A stretch of DNA of 19,398 nucleotides from Myxococcales bacterium. GTDB taxonomy: Bacteria; Myxococcota_A; Polyangia; Polyangiales; Polyangiaceae. Positions 16,632-19,398 of the stretch are shown here, in pieces; within the stretch, counting starts at the first letter, position 1; each line of letters begins with the position of its first letter. The notes under the pieces are model-generated. The model saw only the letters and a list, made by a program, of their open reading frames with translations, had not been told where the DNA came from and searched no databases. The stretch lies in contig JAYTOU010000045.1 of assembly GCA_043747615.1 (NCBI GenBank), forward strand, positions 1 to 19,398, in the 5' to 3' direction. A program made the translations under genes and the position numbers.

Positions 16632-17330
16632 CTACTTGCAGGTGACAGAATCGCTATTGCAGCTCTCGGCTGCGCAGGCGCACGTGCTGGGCGTGTCGTA
16701 GCTCACGCATTTTTGACCGTCCGCGCAGTCGAGGGTGATGTCCATGCAGGCCGACGTCCCGCGGCAGCTCAGTTGGACGACCGTCATTTTGGACGGCTCG
16801 CCCATGTCCGGGACCATGTTGATCGATGTGAAATTGGGCGCGTTATTTCCGTTCTTGTCGAGGATGAGAATGAGGTTGAATTCGCAGTTGTCCTCGGACC
16901 ACATGGCGACGCCGTACTCGCAGAGATCGATGACGAAGGGAATTTCGCCCTTGGTCACGTCGACGTTCTCCATGATCTTGTCGGCGTGCGGATGGCCGCC
17001 CAGCGCGTGCTCGGATACCTGCGCGTACTGCCGGTGCGCGAGAAAGATCGCGAGCCGAGGGGCGTCACCTCCGTCTGCCCCCGCCGCGGAGAATTTGGTG
17101 GGATCGAAGTGCGCGACGCCGCGGATTACGGAGGCCGCGTTTGCGGGCTTGCATTTACTCGGCGGTACGGTCCCACACTTGTCGGGAACAACGGCCATCG
17201 AGGCCTCACTCCCCGCATCGACTACCGGCGTCGACGGCGAAGCCCCCGGAGTTACCGTCGTGCTGCTGCACGCACTACAAAGGCCAACGAGAAGCGCGAA
17301 AAGCGTAGGGACGGCAGAAAGACGAGACAT
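16632..17330 (-). CDS. Hypothetical Cys-rich lipoprotein
   Basis: ATG 17330 gives MSRLSAVPTLFALLVGLCSAC (lipobox-like), then an S/T/P linker with DAG and a C-terminal Cys cluster. The ORF is open from 17408. Confidence 0.7.
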   Translation of the reverse strand: MSRLSAVPTLFALLVGLCSACSSTTVTPGASPSTPVVDAGSEASMAVVPDKCGTVPPSKCKPANAASVIRGVAHFDPTKFSAAGADGGDAPRLAIFLAHRQYAQVSEHALGGHPHADKIMENVDVTKGEIPFVIDLCEYGVAMWSEDNCEFNLILILDKNGNNAPNFTSINMVPDMGEPSKMTVVQLSCRGTSACMDITLDCADGQKCVSYDTPSTCACAAESCNSDSVTCK

Positions 17331-17478
17331 GCCATGGCGCAAAAGCAATCCGCAGGCCACTCCGCACGAGCGCATGCGACAGCTTTTTTTCTCGATGGAA
17401 CTCGACAAGAAGAACCGTCCCCGACGAACTGCGTCAGGAACCTAACGAGCGAGTAAAATCCGATGGCTGCGGCGGGCA

Positions 17479-17508
17479 CTGCATAAAATATTTTCGGTGT
17501 GGTATGTC
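17479..17508 (+). promoter_or_regulatory. Putative sigma70-type promoter of the tRNA
   Basis: CTGCAT-18 nt (includes palindrome AAAATATTTT, 17485-17494)-TATGTC with a TG extension. It is an AT-rich island 16 nt before the tRNA. Confidence 0.4.
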
Positions 17509-17524
17509 TCGAGCGTCTCTTTCT

Positions 17525-18836
<1,312 letters not shown>

Positions 18837-18840
<4 letters not shown>

Positions 18841-19115
18841 TCGCCCCCTTCCGTATCGATCGCGTCGCCGGTCTCTTCGGAGTCGTCACCGCCTGAGACG
18901 AGCTCGTCAGAGGTAAACGCCGCTTCCTCGTATCCCCCAAGCTCTTCAAGGTCTGATTCCACCTCCAGAAGCAGTCCAAGGAGGCGCGCAACTTCGATGC
19001 AGAAAAGTCCCTCCGCTTCCTCGCTGTTGAAGGGTTGTGCGATCTCGTACATCAGCTTGACGTGCGCACGCGCGTTCAGGAGCGTCTGCTTCGCGCTATC
19101 GGCCAGGGGGCTCAT
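18837..19115 (-). CDS. Hypothetical acidic 92-aa protein
   Basis: ATGA overlap with the upstream ORF and GTGA/TGATG overlap with int. Helical N-terminal half and D/E-rich tail. Confidence 0.65.
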
Positions 19116-19258
19116 GATGCCACCGCAGCCTTTACCGTCGCCAGCGTGATCTCTCGAATGAGCTTTGCATCCTCCCGCTCAATGCGGATCATCTTCTTGA
19201 CCAACCGGAACAACTTGCCGATCGAAACGCTCTTCTTCTTCGCCGCCGACGCCTTCAA
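19112..19258 (-). CDS. Hypothetical basic 48-aa protein (missed by the ORF track)
   Basis: AGGAGGT SD before TTG 19258. MKASAAKKKSVSIGKLFRLVKKMIRIEREDAKLIREITLATVKAAVAS*. It overlaps both neighbours by 4 nt. Confidence 0.65.
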   Translation of the reverse strand: MKASAAKKKSVSIGKLFRLVKKMIRIEREDAKLIREITLATVKAAVAS

Positions 19259-19398
19259 GACGCCACCTCCTGACCCCGAAGCCCATTGAGCAAGATGTTC
19301 ATGCTTGCAAGGTTTCCGAGCGCCTGAACAAGCGCCGCGTGGTCGAGAGACTTGTCTGGCGACTCGCTCATGCTTTTTGCGACCCGGAGGAGAGACTG
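19255..19398 (-). CDS. 3' part of a hypothetical protein, truncated by the window end
   Basis: Open frame QSLLRVAKSMSESPDKSLDHAALVQALGNLASMNILLNGLRGQEVAS*. Its stop overlaps the next TTG (TTGA). Confidence 0.5.
   Translation of the reverse strand, partial: QSLLRVAKSMSESPDKSLDHAALVQALGNLASMNILLNGLRGQEVAS

Overview
High-GC bacterial chromosome segment, most likely Myxococcota (Polyangiaceae-like). This taxon is inferred from the Cys-rich DAG-linker lipoproteins, the Pro-rich FHA protein, the PD40 remnant and the split ATP synthase operon. About 17.5 kb is core-type genome: a HEAT-like lipoprotein, an RHH-Pro-rich-FHA protein, a CCG-type Fe-S protein, a HAMP histidine kinase, rph, rdgB, a beta-barrel protein, a stand-alone Fo cluster (atpZ/atpI/atpB/atpE), an AarF/UbiB kinase, two Cys-rich lipoproteins, an L,D-transpeptidase, a GAF-GAF histidine kinase, a frameshifted PD40 remnant and a DPM1-like glycosyltransferase. 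At 17525-17598 lies tRNA-Arg(UCG), followed by the left end of an integrated element. Its tyrosine integrase ORF runs antisense through 63 nt of the tRNA, so attP probably lies inside int and integration would rewrite the integrase C-terminus, as in phage Mx8. Upstream of int is a chain of small, translationally coupled ORFs cut off by the window end. The best leads are the int/tRNA overlap, the RHH-FHA regulator with an upstream palindrome, and a Cys-repeat lipoprotein coupled to an AarF kinase. No completely new system can be proven from the sequence alone.
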